Assembly (NCBI GenBank): GCA_964447545.1 | Contig: CAYUTE010000008.1 | Location: forward strand, 1 to 48,037 | DNA length: 48,037 bases | Direction: 5' to 3' | Source of the DNA: an uncultured Eubacteriales bacterium | GTDB lineage: Bacteria; Bacillota; Clostridia; Oscillospirales; Acutalibacteraceae | Shown: piece after piece, positions 1-9,373 of the stretch | Layout of the letters: the number at the start of each line of letters is the position of its first letter | How positions within the stretch are numbered: the first letter of the stretch is position 1 | The notes under the pieces: model-generated | Told to the model about the DNA's origin: nothing | What the model saw: only the letters and a program-made list of their open reading frames with translations | The model's database searches: none | Position numbers and translations under genes: made by a program

Positions 1-1
1 A

Positions 2-901
2 GTTGAGGCTTGTCGTAATTTTGCAAATAAAATTTGGAATGCCGCAAGGTATATACACATGAATATTGATGGGATTGAAGTAAGTGATGAACTCCCATCA
101 AATATGGATATAACCGATGAATGGATAGTTGGCCGTGTAAATGAGGTTACAAGAGATGTTACAGAGCTTATTGATAAATTTGAGCTTGGAATAGCAGCAC
201 AAAAGCTCTATGATTTTGTCTGGGACGAATTTTGTGATTGGTATATAGAGTTTTCTAAGATTTCAGGTAGCAAGAGTGTGCTTATCTGGGCGTTTAAAAA
301 CATCTTAAAACTTTTACATCCTTTTATGCCTTTTATTACTGAAAAAATTTGGGGTTCTTTTGCAAATGACGGCAGTATGCTTATATTATGTGAGTATCCT
401 GAATTTAAAGAGGACCTTGTATTTGAAAAATCTAAAAAAGATACCGAAATATTAATGTCAGTTATAAAATCCTTGCGCAATATGCGTAGAGAAATGAATG
501 TAGATCATGGCAGAAAAATTGCCATCTTTGCAGAAGCTAATAACGATAACGTACATGAGGTTTTAGAAAAATATAGTAATATAATTTTAAAATTCTCTGG
601 CGCAAAGAGTTTGAATGTGGGTTCGAGTTTTAATATTAACGATGCCGTTACTGTTATAAATGATTACGTTAAAATTTACGTTCCTATAGATGATTTGGTT
701 GATAGGGCTGCGGAAATTTTAAGACTTGAAAAAGAGCGCAAAAACGTTTTGGCTCAGCTTGAACAAGTTGAAGCTAAACTTAAAAATGAAAAGTTTATTT
801 CTAGAGCTCCAAAAAATATAATAGACGGTGCAAAAGAAAACGCTGCAAAATTGAAAGATAAATTAAATAAGATAGAAAAAAGTTTATCTGAATTAAAATA
901 A
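2..901 (+). CDS. valS: Valyl-tRNA synthetase, 3' end. The CDS starts upstream of the window.
   Basis: The frame is open from base 2 (VEACRNFANKIWNAARY, an anticodon-binding-domain motif). The C-terminal coiled coil KFISRAPKNIIDGAKENAAKLKDKL is typical of ValRS. A terminator follows. Confidence 0.9.
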   Translation, partial: VEACRNFANKIWNAARYIHMNIDGIEVSDELPSNMDITDEWIVGRVNEVTRDVTELIDKFELGIAAQKLYDFVWDEFCDWYIEFSKISGSKSVLIWAFKNILKLLHPFMPFITEKIWGSFANDGSMLILCEYPEFKEDLVFEKSKKDTEILMSVIKSLRNMRREMNVDHGRKIAIFAEANNDNVHEVLEKYSNIILKFSGAKSLNVGSSFNINDAVTVINDYVKIYVPIDDLVDRAAEILRLEKERKNVLAQLEQVEAKLKNEKFISRAPKNIIDGAKENAAKLKDKLNKIEKSLSELK

Positions 902-937
902 TATTTCAGCGACCTAATTTTACAAAATAATCAAATA

Positions 938-975
938 AAAGCATTTACTATGTAATTAGTAAATGCTTTTTTGTT
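938..975 (+). terminator. Rho-independent terminator after valS
   Basis: Perfect 10-bp stem GCATTTACTA/TAGTAAATGC (941-950 / 957-966) followed by TTTTTTGTTTTG. Confidence 0.8.
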
Positions 976-1092
976 TTGTAGGACAGGCTTTTTAAAATTT
1001 CTTATGAATATTTAAAAGATTTACGGAAATACTATATTGGTTACCAAATATAAGTATTAGACTTTACTTGATATGGAGGTTATACGATTTAA

Positions 1093-1401
1093 ATGAGTGT
1101 AAAAATTTTAATGGAAAAAACCGAAGGCATACCACTGGCAAAAATAGATGGTGATATAGACCATCATACAGCAAAAGAAATACGTGAAAAAATCGATGAT
1201 TACATAACAAGCAGAAGGCCCAAGGCTATTTATTTGGATTTTCAAGAAGTACGATTTATGGATAGTTCTGGTATAGGACTTATAATGGGTAGATTTAAAC
1301 TTATTAAATCTATGGGTGGACAATTAAAAGTTGTAAATGTTCCTAGAAATCTTGAAAGAATGATAAAACTTTCGGGGTTAACAAAACTTGGTATTTTTTA
1401 G
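1093..1401 (+). CDS. spoIIAA: Anti-sigma-F factor antagonist SpoIIAA (STAS domain)
   Basis: 102 aa. It has the DHHTA...FMDSSGIGLIMG motif (phosphorylatable Ser context) and is first gene of a spoIIAA-spoIIAB-sigF arrangement. Confidence 0.85.
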   Translation: MSVKILMEKTEGIPLAKIDGDIDHHTAKEIREKIDDYITSRRPKAIYLDFQEVRFMDSSGIGLIMGRFKLIKSMGGQLKVVNVPRNLERMIKLSGLTKLGIF

Positions 1402-1422
1402 TGAGAAAGGATTTTAAATAAA

Positions 1423-1872
1423 ATGGCAGAAGTAATAAATGAAATGAATATTAATTTTCTTAGCAGATCATATAACGAGAGTTTAGCAAGAACTGTTGTG
1501 GCATCTTTTGTTTCTCAGCTTGACCCAACGATTGAAGAGTTGGCAGATATAAAAACTGCGGTTTCGGAGGCTGTAACTAATTGTATAGTTCATGGTTATA
1601 AAGCCGGAGTGGGGAAGATCTATATTTCTTCAAAAATATATGATAACGGAAAAATCACTATCAGGATTAAAGATAGGGGGTGCGGAATAGAAAACGTAGA
1701 GCAAGCAATGGAACCGCTTTTCACAACCGGCGGAAGCGAGAGGTCCGGTTTAGGATTTGCGGTTATGCAGAGTTTTATGGATAAAATAAGAGTAATTTCG
1801 AAGGTTGGTAAGGGTACTACGGTGAGTCTTGAAAAACGTATAATACGTAGGCCTGTAAGAAATGAAAAATAA
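1423..1872 (+). CDS. spoIIAB: Anti-sigma-F factor / serine protein kinase SpoIIAB
   Basis: 149 aa with HATPase_c motifs (EAVTNCIVHG, DRGCGIE, RSGLGFAV). Its position between spoIIAA and a sigma factor gene supports the call. Confidence 0.9.
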   Translation: MAEVINEMNINFLSRSYNESLARTVVASFVSQLDPTIEELADIKTAVSEAVTNCIVHGYKAGVGKIYISSKIYDNGKITIRIKDRGCGIENVEQAMEPLFTTGGSERSGLGFAVMQSFMDKIRVISKVGKGTTVSLEKRIIRRPVRNEK

Positions 1873-2551
1873 AAGTAGTTGTGAAATTTCTAAAGATGCT
1901 TTTAAAATAAACCCGGAAGAACATATAAATCTTGTACATGCGTGTTGCCAGAGATTTAGAAAAAGGGGCATAGATTATGACGATATTTTTCAAACCGGGT
2001 GTATGGGACTGCTAAAAGCTATTAAAAATTTTGAACCCGACAGGGGAGTTAAATTTTCTACTTATGCGGTTCCTGCAATATTAGGAGAAATAAAAACTTT
2101 GTTTCGCTGCAATACCTATTTAAAAATAGGACGTACTATGCAAGAGCTATGTGCTAAAATTAATTATGAACGAGAAAAATATATAAGAATTAATGAAACA
2201 GAGCCAACGATTAGTCAATTGGCCGATATGTTATCTGTTAGCGAAGAACAAATCATAGAAGCAACTGATGTTTTAAAAAATCCTGTTTCTATCGATGCCC
2301 CATTAAGTCATGATTCAGAAAATCTTACTTTTGAGATTCCGGTGGAATTCGAAGATGAAAAAATTAATACAAAGATCTCTATAATGAATGCTATGAAGGA
2401 TTTTGATAAAAAAGATAAAAACTTAATATATTTAAGATTTTTTAAAGGAATTACGCAGTCCGAAATAGGTGATAAACTCGGTATGACTCAGGTTCAAGTT
2501 TCTCGTAGAGAAAAGTTTTTGTTACATGTGTTAAGAAAAAAGATGGCTTGA
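1862..2551 (+). CDS. sigF: Sporulation sigma factor, sigma-F type
   Basis: Sigma-70 region 2 (DIFQTGCMGLLKAIKNFEP, FSTYAVPAILGEI) and a region 4 HTH (ITQSEIGDKLGMTQVQVSRREK). It overlaps the spoIIAB stop by 11 nt. The sigF assignment rests on operon context. Confidence 0.85.
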   Translation: MKNKSSCEISKDAFKINPEEHINLVHACCQRFRKRGIDYDDIFQTGCMGLLKAIKNFEPDRGVKFSTYAVPAILGEIKTLFRCNTYLKIGRTMQELCAKINYEREKYIRINETEPTISQLADMLSVSEEQIIEATDVLKNPVSIDAPLSHDSENLTFEIPVEFEDEKINTKISIMNAMKDFDKKDKNLIYLRFFKGITQSEIGDKLGMTQVQVSRREKFLLHVLRKKMA

Positions 2552-2572
2552 TTTTTTCAAGTCATCTTTTTG
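2536..2572. terminator. Bidirectional hairpin embedded in the convergent 3' ends of sigF and whiA
   Basis: 12-bp stem AAGATGGCTTGA/TCAAGTCATCTT with one G-U pair. It has an A-run on one side and a T-run on the other. The two stop codons are only 5 nt apart. Confidence 0.6.
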
Positions 2573-3459
2573 GATATCTCCATTAATTTTGAAAGTCTGT
2601 GGTTTAACCCAGATCTGGTTATTTTAAAATTTGAAATTTTTACTAGTTCATTTAAAGATAGATAGGGATTGTTTAATCTTAAAATAGCCGTTTCGCGTAG
2701 AGAGTCCGGCAAGAAATCTAATCCTTTCAGTTTTTTTATAGTTTTTATGGCGTCAATCTGCTCTGCCGATGACGATGCGGTTTTAGACATATTTGCCGTT
2801 TCAAAATTAGTAGTTCTGTTTATATTGTTTCTTACTTCTTTTATCATTTTTTCTTGTATAAAACTCATCGCACAATTTTGCGCACCTATAAAAACTAAGA
2901 AATCCGTTATTTTTTCGCTATCTTTAAAATATATTATATAACTGTTTCTTCTTTTGGTTACCTTAGGATTCAAAGATACAGTTTTTATAGAATTTATAAT
3001 TTTTAGTAGGGAATCGCATAACTCTTTTGATGGAATACAAAATTCCATGTGGTACTCTACTTGAGGATTAGCTATGCTTGCACAAGCTAAAAAAGCGCCT
3101 CTTAAAAAAGCCGGTAAATTGCCGGGTTCTATGTTTGATAGATTGTCCGGTTCGATTTTTAAAGGGACATCTAAAGAAATTGTATTATTATTGTCTATGA
3201 CTTTGTGTTTCTCGTTTGTATTGATTTTTATATTTAGCTTATATTTTTTGCTTTGATTTATATTTCCTAGAATAAAATTACATAAAATTAATATTCTCTT
3301 GGTTAAAAAATTGTTTTGACGTTGTATGTAAAAAGTGTCTTTACTTTGTTTTTCTGCACCCAATATTAGAGCTCCAAAAAGTTCATAGTATACGCTTTTA
3401 CACGATTCGAGTGGTAAAGATGATAGTTCATCTTTTGCTTTTTTCGAAAAAGATTCCAT
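2557..3459 (-). CDS. whiA: DNA-binding sporulation/cell-division regulator WhiA
   Basis: 300 aa. N-terminal part is like a degenerate LAGLIDADG domain (FLRGAFLACASI). C-terminal HTH is LSLNELVKISNFKITRSGLNHRLSKL. Confidence 0.85.
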   Translation of the reverse strand: MESFSKKAKDELSSLPLESCKSVYYELFGALILGAEKQSKDTFYIQRQNNFLTKRILILCNFILGNINQSKKYKLNIKINTNEKHKVIDNNNTISLDVPLKIEPDNLSNIEPGNLPAFLRGAFLACASIANPQVEYHMEFCIPSKELCDSLLKIINSIKTVSLNPKVTKRRNSYIIYFKDSEKITDFLVFIGAQNCAMSFIQEKMIKEVRNNINRTTNFETANMSKTASSSAEQIDAIKTIKKLKGLDFLPDSLRETAILRLNNPYLSLNELVKISNFKITRSGLNHRLSKLMEISKKMT

Positions 3460-3478
3460 TAAACCACCTCAAAATAGT

Positions 3479-4459
3479 TTATAGGGTTATATTACCAAGA
3501 GTTTTTATTTCGCATTCGAGTGTTACACCTGATTTTTTATATACAGTTTCTTTTATTATTTTTATAAGGTCAGCGACGTCTTTTGCTGTTGCTTTGCCGG
3601 TGTTTACTATAAATCCGGCGTGTTTTGGACTAACCATAGCTCCACCAACAGAAACTCCTTTAAGACCGGAGTCTTGGATTAGAGTTCCGGCATAATATCC
3701 TCCTCCGGGTCTTTTGAAAACGCTTCCGGCATTAGGAAATTCGAGCGGTTGCTTGGATTTTCTTTTAGTCATATTTTCGTGCATTTTTGAGCGAATAGTT
3801 AAATTGTCAGAAGTTCTTAGGCGCAATTTTAATGATAAAATTATATTTGAATTTTCTGAATAGCAACTTTTTCTATAAGATAGTCTCATTTGTGACGCCG
3901 GAATAATTTCAATTTTTCCTGATGGCGTCATGTGTTTGCTTTCTTTTACTACATATGATATGTCTTCGCCGTAAGCTCCTGCGTTCATAAATAACGCTCC
4001 TCCGCAAGAACCCGGTATTCCCCAAGCAAATTCTAACCCTGATAAATTGTTTTCTAATGCAAATACACAAACTTTTGTAAGAGGGAGACCTGCAGAACAA
4101 ATTATAGTGTTTTCACCCTCGAGTTTTAGTATTTTTTCGCTTTCTAACAAGCTCAATACAACACCGTCATATCCGTTATCATCAACTAAAAGATTTGTTC
4201 CGTTGCCCAGAACAAAATATGGTATTTTGTTTTTATTTATGAACTCTATGATTGTTTGCAGGGAGCTGTCGTTATTAATATATATAAAAAGTTTTGCCGG
4301 CCCACCTACTTTAAACGAGGTGTGCTTTTTTAACGGTTCATTTTCTAGTACTGTGCAACCTAGAGATTGCGCTATGTTTTTTAATTCGGTGTAGTTACTG
4401 TTAATTATAGTAACCTCCTCAAATGATTTTTTATTTAAAAAAGTTAGTATGTTGTTCAA
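3479..4459 (-). CDS. murB: UDP-N-acetylenolpyruvoylglucosamine reductase MurB
   Basis: FAD-binding motifs HTSFKVGGPA, LGNGTNLL, GIPGSCGGA and NAGSVFKRP. The 5' end overlaps the upstream PHP gene by 29 nt. Confidence 0.9.
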   Translation of the reverse strand: MNNILTFLNKKSFEEVTIINSNYTELKNIAQSLGCTVLENEPLKKHTSFKVGGPAKLFIYINNDSSLQTIIEFINKNKIPYFVLGNGTNLLVDDNGYDGVVLSLLESEKILKLEGENTIICSAGLPLTKVCVFALENNLSGLEFAWGIPGSCGGALFMNAGAYGEDISYVVKESKHMTPSGKIEIIPASQMRLSYRKSCYSENSNIILSLKLRLRTSDNLTIRSKMHENMTKRKSKQPLEFPNAGSVFKRPGGGYYAGTLIQDSGLKGVSVGGAMVSPKHAGFIVNTGKATAKDVADLIKIIKETVYKKSGVTLECEIKTLGNITL

Positions 4460-5147
4460 GATATTTTTTGAATCTTGAAACGTCTGCGTTTATTATTAAT
4501 TCTTCAGGGAAATCGATTTCTTCCAGAAGCTTTATACATTTATCAAATTTACCAATTTGCATGCAAAAATGAGCATCTGAATTTATTATAACGCTAACAC
4601 CGTGTTTTTTACATACTTCTGCTATTTTCTTGCAGTTCCCGTTAGAACCCTTTCTTACCGCAAACGAACTATTGTTTATTTCAATCAGTTTGTTGTTTTC
4701 TCCAAAAATCGGAATTACTTTCTCGTAGTCATAAACATAGTTAGGCAGACCACTGTGACCTATAACGTTAACTTTTGGGTTTTTAGCAATGTTTAACCAT
4801 GCATTGGTGCAAGAATCTATGTCTTGATTATCCGAATAAGCGGCATCGTGTATAGATGCTACTACCCAATCGAAATTAACGCCATCGGGGAGGTCTAAAT
4901 CTCCATTACTGTTAAGAACATTGGCTTCTATGCCTTTAAGTATATTTACACCGTCTATAGATTTGGGCAAAATTTGCAAATTGCCAAAGTACCATTGACC
5001 CGGAGGATTTGGCATTGTGCGCCCGTGATCTGTTATTGCAATTGCGTATAAGCCTTGCTTTTTTGCTTCTGTTATATTTTCCATTATAGTACTGTATGCA
5101 TGCCCTGATGCTACTGTGTGACAATGAGTATCTGCAATTATCTTCAT
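4431..5147 (-). CDS. PHP-domain metal-dependent phosphoesterase (YcdX-like)
   Basis: MKIIADTHCHTVASGHAY...ITDHG...SDAH. These are the His/Asp metal ligands characteristic of the PHP fold. Confidence 0.75.
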   Translation of the reverse strand: MKIIADTHCHTVASGHAYSTIMENITEAKKQGLYAIAITDHGRTMPNPPGQWYFGNLQILPKSIDGVNILKGIEANVLNSNGDLDLPDGVNFDWVVASIHDAAYSDNQDIDSCTNAWLNIAKNPKVNVIGHSGLPNYVYDYEKVIPIFGENNKLIEINNSSFAVRKGSNGNCKKIAEVCKKHGVSVIINSDAHFCMQIGKFDKCIKLLEEIDFPEELIINADVSRFKKYLEQHTNFFK

Positions 5148-5231
5148 GTTATAAAATTGTTATGCTCGCTTATTAATCTTAAGCACACAACAACAATCCA
5201 CAACCTTTCTAAATTAATATATTATATAGGA

Positions 5232-6203
5232 TTAAATATCCCAAATGCATTTTCTTATTTCTGTGTTTTCTGATGGGTTTGGATATTCCATTCCTAGATT
5301 TACAAATAATTCTTTTGCGGCGTTATAACCCATTTTGCGTTGGCGATTATTCATAGCAGCAACTTCTATTATAACTGCCAGGTTTCGGCCAGGTCTAACA
5401 GGTATATTTATGTATGGAACACGCACTCCTAATATCTCTGTATGTATACTTTCTGCTCCCATACGGTCATAATCTTTAGTGTTATCCCAAGTTTCAAGGT
5501 TTACAACTATGTCTATTGTTTCGCTTGATTTTACAGCTCCAATTCCGAAAATTCTTCTGGCATTTATTATTCCTATTCCTCTTACCTCAACAAAATGACG
5601 AATGTTTTCAGGTGCGGAACCTATTAAAGTGTTTTCATGTATTTTTTTTATTTCTACTAAATCGTCTGCAATGAGCTTATGGCCACGTTTTAATAGCTCA
5701 ACTGCAGTTTCACTTTTTCCTATACCGCTTTCTCCGATTAATAGTATGCCTTCTCCGTGTACATTCATAAGTCCGCCTGAACGTGTTATACGTGGTGCCA
5801 GTTTCAAATCTAAAAACGGAGTCAGTTCTGCAGCGACATCCGCTGTACTACTTTGTGAGGTTATTACCGGTATTTTATACTTTGATGCTACGTCGATTAT
5901 TTCTTGTATTGGTTTTATTCCACGTGCCACTACTAGAAATGGTGGTTTAAGAGATAATACAGCATCTACAGATTTATAAATTTCGTCGTGAGAAAGTTCA
6001 GAAAGAAAATATCCTTCACTTTCTCCCATTACCATTATTCTTCTATTGTCAAAATGTTCTATTGGCCCAATCAGTTCAAGCCCCAAACGATTTATATTTC
6101 TGGTATGAACTTTAACTGTTCTGGGATTTACAGGCATGAGTGCCGATTTGTACGGGAATTTGTTCATAATTTCTTCTAAAGTCACATAAAATCTATTAAT
6201 CAA
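5232..6203 (-). CDS. hprK: HPr kinase/phosphorylase
   Basis: Walker A GESGIGKSETAVELLKRGHKLIADD, then the signature VEVRGIGIIN. TTG start 7 nt after GGTGAG. Confidence 0.9.
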   Translation of the reverse strand: MINRFYVTLEEIMNKFPYKSALMPVNPRTVKVHTRNINRLGLELIGPIEHFDNRRIMVMGESEGYFLSELSHDEIYKSVDAVLSLKPPFLVVARGIKPIQEIIDVASKYKIPVITSQSSTADVAAELTPFLDLKLAPRITRSGGLMNVHGEGILLIGESGIGKSETAVELLKRGHKLIADDLVEIKKIHENTLIGSAPENIRHFVEVRGIGIINARRIFGIGAVKSSETIDIVVNLETWDNTKDYDRMGAESIHTEILGVRVPYINIPVRPGRNLAVIIEVAAMNNRQRKMGYNAAKELFVNLGMEYPNPSENTEIRKCIWDI

Positions 6204-6301
6204 AATATCTCACCGCCTTATTTTAATTTGTACTGTGTAATTATAACACTAAAACTAATTTTTTTAAACATAAAATGAAATTATTAAATTTAGCCTTACT
6301 A

Positions 6302-6330
6302 TTGACACATAAAAAATAAAATGGTAAAAT
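6302..6330 (+). promoter_or_regulatory. Sigma-A type promoter of rpsF-ssb-rpsR
   Basis: TTGACA (6302-6307), 17-nt spacer, TGgTAAAAT (extended -10, hexamer 6325-6330). It lies about 80 nt upstream of rpsF. Confidence 0.7.
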
Positions 6331-6409
6331 TTTAGAGGTTGCTTTTTGTAGCCGTGAACCTTATCTCTTATATTTTAAGAGGTCATAGTCCAAAAGGAGG
6401 TGCAGAAAG

Positions 6410-6700
6410 ATGCAGGAACAAAAGAATTCTTATGAGTTCGTATTGGTAGTTTCAACTAAAGTCGGAGAAAAAACAGACGAAATTATAAACAAGTTCAAAG
6501 ATCTTATTTCTTCAAAAGCAGAACTGGTTAATATGAATGATTGGGGAAAGAAAAAGCTTGCATACTTGATCAATAAGGAAAGCGAAGGGAATTACGTGAT
6601 ATTCGAATTTAACAGCGATACTGAATTTCCTAAAGAGCTCGACCGTATTTGCCAGATTACAGATGGTGTTTTAAGATCTATGATTGTTAAAAATTCTTAA
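6410..6700 (+). CDS. rpsF: 30S ribosomal protein S6
   Basis: 96 aa, strong SD AAGGAGGTG, conserved rpsF-ssb-rpsR order. Confidence 0.95.
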   Translation: MQEQKNSYEFVLVVSTKVGEKTDEIINKFKDLISSKAELVNMNDWGKKKLAYLINKESEGNYVIFEFNSDTEFPKELDRICQITDGVLRSMIVKNS

Positions 6701-6721
6701 GAAAAGGAATGACAATAAATT

Positions 6722-7183
6722 ATGCTGAATGTTGTTGTACTTACCGGAAGGCTTGTTGCAGACCCAGAACTTAGGCATACATCAAACGACCTTGCTGTTA
6801 CATCTTTTACGATCGCTGTAAATCGCAGATATTCTCGTTCAGCAGAGGAACGTAATACAGACTTTATAGATATTGTTGCTTGGAGAAATACTGCTGAATT
6901 TGTTTGTAAATATTTCGGTAAAGGTAACCTTATTGCTATTGAAGGTTCTATTCAAACAAGAACTTACCAGGATAAAGAGGGTAACAATCGTAAGGCATTT
7001 GAAATTGTTGCAAGCAATGTAGATTTTGTTGAGTCTAAGAAAAACAGTGAAAACTCGGGTTCTTACGCTCAGCAGGATTATAGTGATAACGATAATTCTA
7101 AAGGTACGGCCGGTGATTCTTATTCAAGTGGAAACGATGAAGATTTCCAAATGACGGATAATGATGATGACTTACCATTTTAA
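6722..7183 (+). CDS. ssb: Single-stranded DNA-binding protein
   Basis: OB fold (MLNVVVLTGRLVADPELR), acidic tail ending DDDLPF. Confidence 0.95.
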   Translation: MLNVVVLTGRLVADPELRHTSNDLAVTSFTIAVNRRYSRSAEERNTDFIDIVAWRNTAEFVCKYFGKGNLIAIEGSIQTRTYQDKEGNNRKAFEIVASNVDFVESKKNSENSGSYAQQDYSDNDNSKGTAGDSYSSGNDEDFQMTDNDDDLPF

Positions 7184-7209
7184 TTTTTAAAGTTTAGGAG
7201 GGAATACTA

Positions 7210-7515
7210 GTGCCTGAAAACGTAGAAAAGACTGATAACTCTACAAAATCCGAAGCTAAGTCAGAGAAACCTGTTAGAACTGACAGACGTAGAGATAATT
7301 TCCGCAGAAAGAAAAAACCGTGTCAGTTTTGTGTAGCTAAAGACGCAGCAAAAATTGATTATAAAGATGCGGCAAAACTTAGACGTTTTATATCTGAAAG
7401 AGCAAAAATATTACCACGCAGAGTAACAGGAGCATGCGCTAAACATCAACGTGAACTTACTGTTGCAATTAAGCGCGCAAGATATATTGCGCTTCTTCCA
7501 TACGCAAAAGACTAA
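7210..7515 (+). CDS. rpsR: 30S ribosomal protein S18
   Basis: GTG start 8 nt after AGGAGGG. KKPCQFC...IDYKD...[18 protein letters not shown] is typical of S18. Confidence 0.95.
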   Translation: MPENVEKTDNSTKSEAKSEKPVRTDRRRDNFRRKKKPCQFCVAKDAAKIDYKDAAKLRRFISERAKILPRRVTGACAKHQRELTVAIKRARYIALLPYAKD

Positions 7516-7533
7516 TAAAGTTTGATTGCTTTT

Positions 7534-7570
7534 AAGCCGCCCAGATTTATTGGACGGCTTTAAATTTTTA
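7534..7570 (+). terminator. Rho-independent terminator after rpsR
   Basis: Stem AAGCCGCCCA/TGGACGGCTT (one mismatch) followed by a T-rich tract. Confidence 0.7.
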
Positions 7571-7610
7571 TAATATAAGTTTAAAACACAATTCTCTTCA
7601 CGAGGTATTT

Positions 7611-8894
7611 ATGGATTTTTATATACACACATTCGGTTGTAAAGTTAATCAGTGCGATTCTGGAGATATTGATAAGCAGATGATAGAATCCGGGTTTGAA
7701 AGGTCATCGGATTTTAAATCTTCTGATATAGTTATAGTTAATTCTTGTGCTGTCACGTTTGAAAGCGTTAGAAAACTTAGGCATATGCTTAACAGGGTAA
7801 GAAAAGAAAACCCTAATTGCATATTGGTTCTAACGGGGTGTGCAGCTCAGGCTGATATTTCTGAGGTTAATTTTGATGATATAGATATAATTGTCGGAAA
7901 TTCTGATAAACACAAGGTTTCTTTGGTTGTAAAAGATTATATAAAAAACAAGAAAAATATAGTGAAAATTAACCCTATATTTGATATAGATACTTTTCAA
8001 AATTATAAAATCGATCATACATTGAATAAATCACGAGCTTTTTTGAAAATCGAAGATGGATGTAATAGATTTTGCAGCTATTGTATTATTCCGTATGCCA
8101 GAGGTAAAGTCCGTTCTAAAAGTATAGATTCAATAATTAATGAGACCAAGCAACTTGCCGAAAGCGGATACAAAGAGATAGTTTTGGTAGGAATAAATCT
8201 TTCTTGTTATGGGTCCGACTTAGGAGTTGATTTGGCCGATGCCGTAGATGCTGTCGGTTCGTGCGATGGCATTGAAAGAATAAGATTGGGTTCTTTGGAG
8301 CCGGATTTAACAACTCCGGAGTTAATTTCTAGATTTTCCGCTCAACCTAAATTTTGCCCTCAGTTTCATATGTCGCTTCAAAGCGGGTCGGACGTTGTTC
8401 TAAAAAATATGAGGCGTCATTATACGCACAGCGAGTACTTATCGGTATGCGAAAACATACGTAAATATTTCCCGAACGCAACGTTTACTACTGATTTAAT
8501 GGTAGGGTTTCCGGGCGAAACAGAAGATGATTTTAAAGAGTCTTTGAAAATAATAAAAGAAGTCAAATTTTTAAAAGTTCATGTATTCCCATATTCTCCA
8601 CGCCCAGGCACGTTGGCGGCTAAGTTTGATAATCAAATACCGTCTAGTGTAAAATCGCAAAGGGTTAGGAAGGCTATTGAAAAATCAAATATAAGTTGTA
8701 AAATGGTATTTAATGAGTTCTTGGGCAAAAAATACGATGTGCTTTATGAAAATATCGATAAAAACGGTTTTTACTGTGGTTATACAAAGGAATATTTGCC
8801 TGTCAAAACTAAAAGCGAAAATAATATATCAGGGGATATCGTTTCTACGGAACTTTGTAGCATTGAAGACGATTGCATTATAGGCTGTGTTTAA
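7611..8894 (+). CDS. mtaB: Radical-SAM tRNA methylthiotransferase, MtaB/MiaB family
   Basis: N-terminal UPF0004 cysteines (FGCKVN...NSCAV...GC), radical SAM CNRFCSYCIIPYARG and a C-terminal TRAM-like region. MtaB versus MiaB is a family-level guess. Confidence 0.75.
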   Translation: MDFYIHTFGCKVNQCDSGDIDKQMIESGFERSSDFKSSDIVIVNSCAVTFESVRKLRHMLNRVRKENPNCILVLTGCAAQADISEVNFDDIDIIVGNSDKHKVSLVVKDYIKNKKNIVKINPIFDIDTFQNYKIDHTLNKSRAFLKIEDGCNRFCSYCIIPYARGKVRSKSIDSIINETKQLAESGYKEIVLVGINLSCYGSDLGVDLADAVDAVGSCDGIERIRLGSLEPDLTTPELISRFSAQPKFCPQFHMSLQSGSDVVLKNMRRHYTHSEYLSVCENIRKYFPNATFTTDLMVGFPGETEDDFKESLKIIKEVKFLKVHVFPYSPRPGTLAAKFDNQIPSSVKSQRVRKAIEKSNISCKMVFNEFLGKKYDVLYENIDKNGFYCGYTKEYLPVKTKSENNISGDIVSTELCSIEDDCIIGCV

Positions 8895-8957
8895 GAATAA
8901 ATTTAATATTATATTGGTAAAATATAAATGACTTGATTTTAGAAAGGGAGAGTGACT

Positions 8958-9341
8958 ATGGGAATTGTTGCAAAAAATAATATAGTTGACGCAAAGGATT
9001 TCAAAGAAAATATTAGTAATGGTCAAGGTTTGTTTATAGTTGACTTTTTTGCCACTTGGTGTATGCCGTGCAAGATGTTGGCTCCGGTTTTGCAGATAAT
9101 GGAAGAAAAATATAGTAATATAAAATTTGTAAAAGTTGATATTGATGAATGCCAAGACTTAGCGCAAGAGTATAGTATTATGTCGGTCCCTACACTTCTA
9201 TTTTTCCGTTCTGGCGAGCTTGTCGGTAGGGAAGTAGGATTTAAATCCGAAGCGGACCTAGATGAAATAATACGCAATGTATTCGGCGATTTTATAGAAG
9301 AATCTCCAAAAAATGTAGAGTCTAATACGTACAGCAAATAA
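8958..9341 (+). CDS. Thioredoxin-fold protein with non-canonical WCMPC active site
   Basis: FFATWCMPCKMLAP...VPTLLFF. ATG at 8958 is preferred over the GTG at 8952 because AAGGGAG lies 7-8 nt upstream. It is followed by trxB. Confidence 0.8.
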   Translation: MGIVAKNNIVDAKDFKENISNGQGLFIVDFFATWCMPCKMLAPVLQIMEEKYSNIKFVKVDIDECQDLAQEYSIMSVPTLLFFRSGELVGREVGFKSEADLDEIIRNVFGDFIEESPKNVESNTYSK

Positions 9342-9373
9342 ACATGAATTTTAATAAGGTTGTGTACTAATTT

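Noticed and set aside
976-1092. A sigma-H type promoter (AGGAwww...GAAT) for the spoIIA operon.
   Set aside because: AGGACA at about 981 and GAAT at about 1007 are present, but the spacing is several nt longer than the 11-12 nt consensus spacer. I could not support a call.
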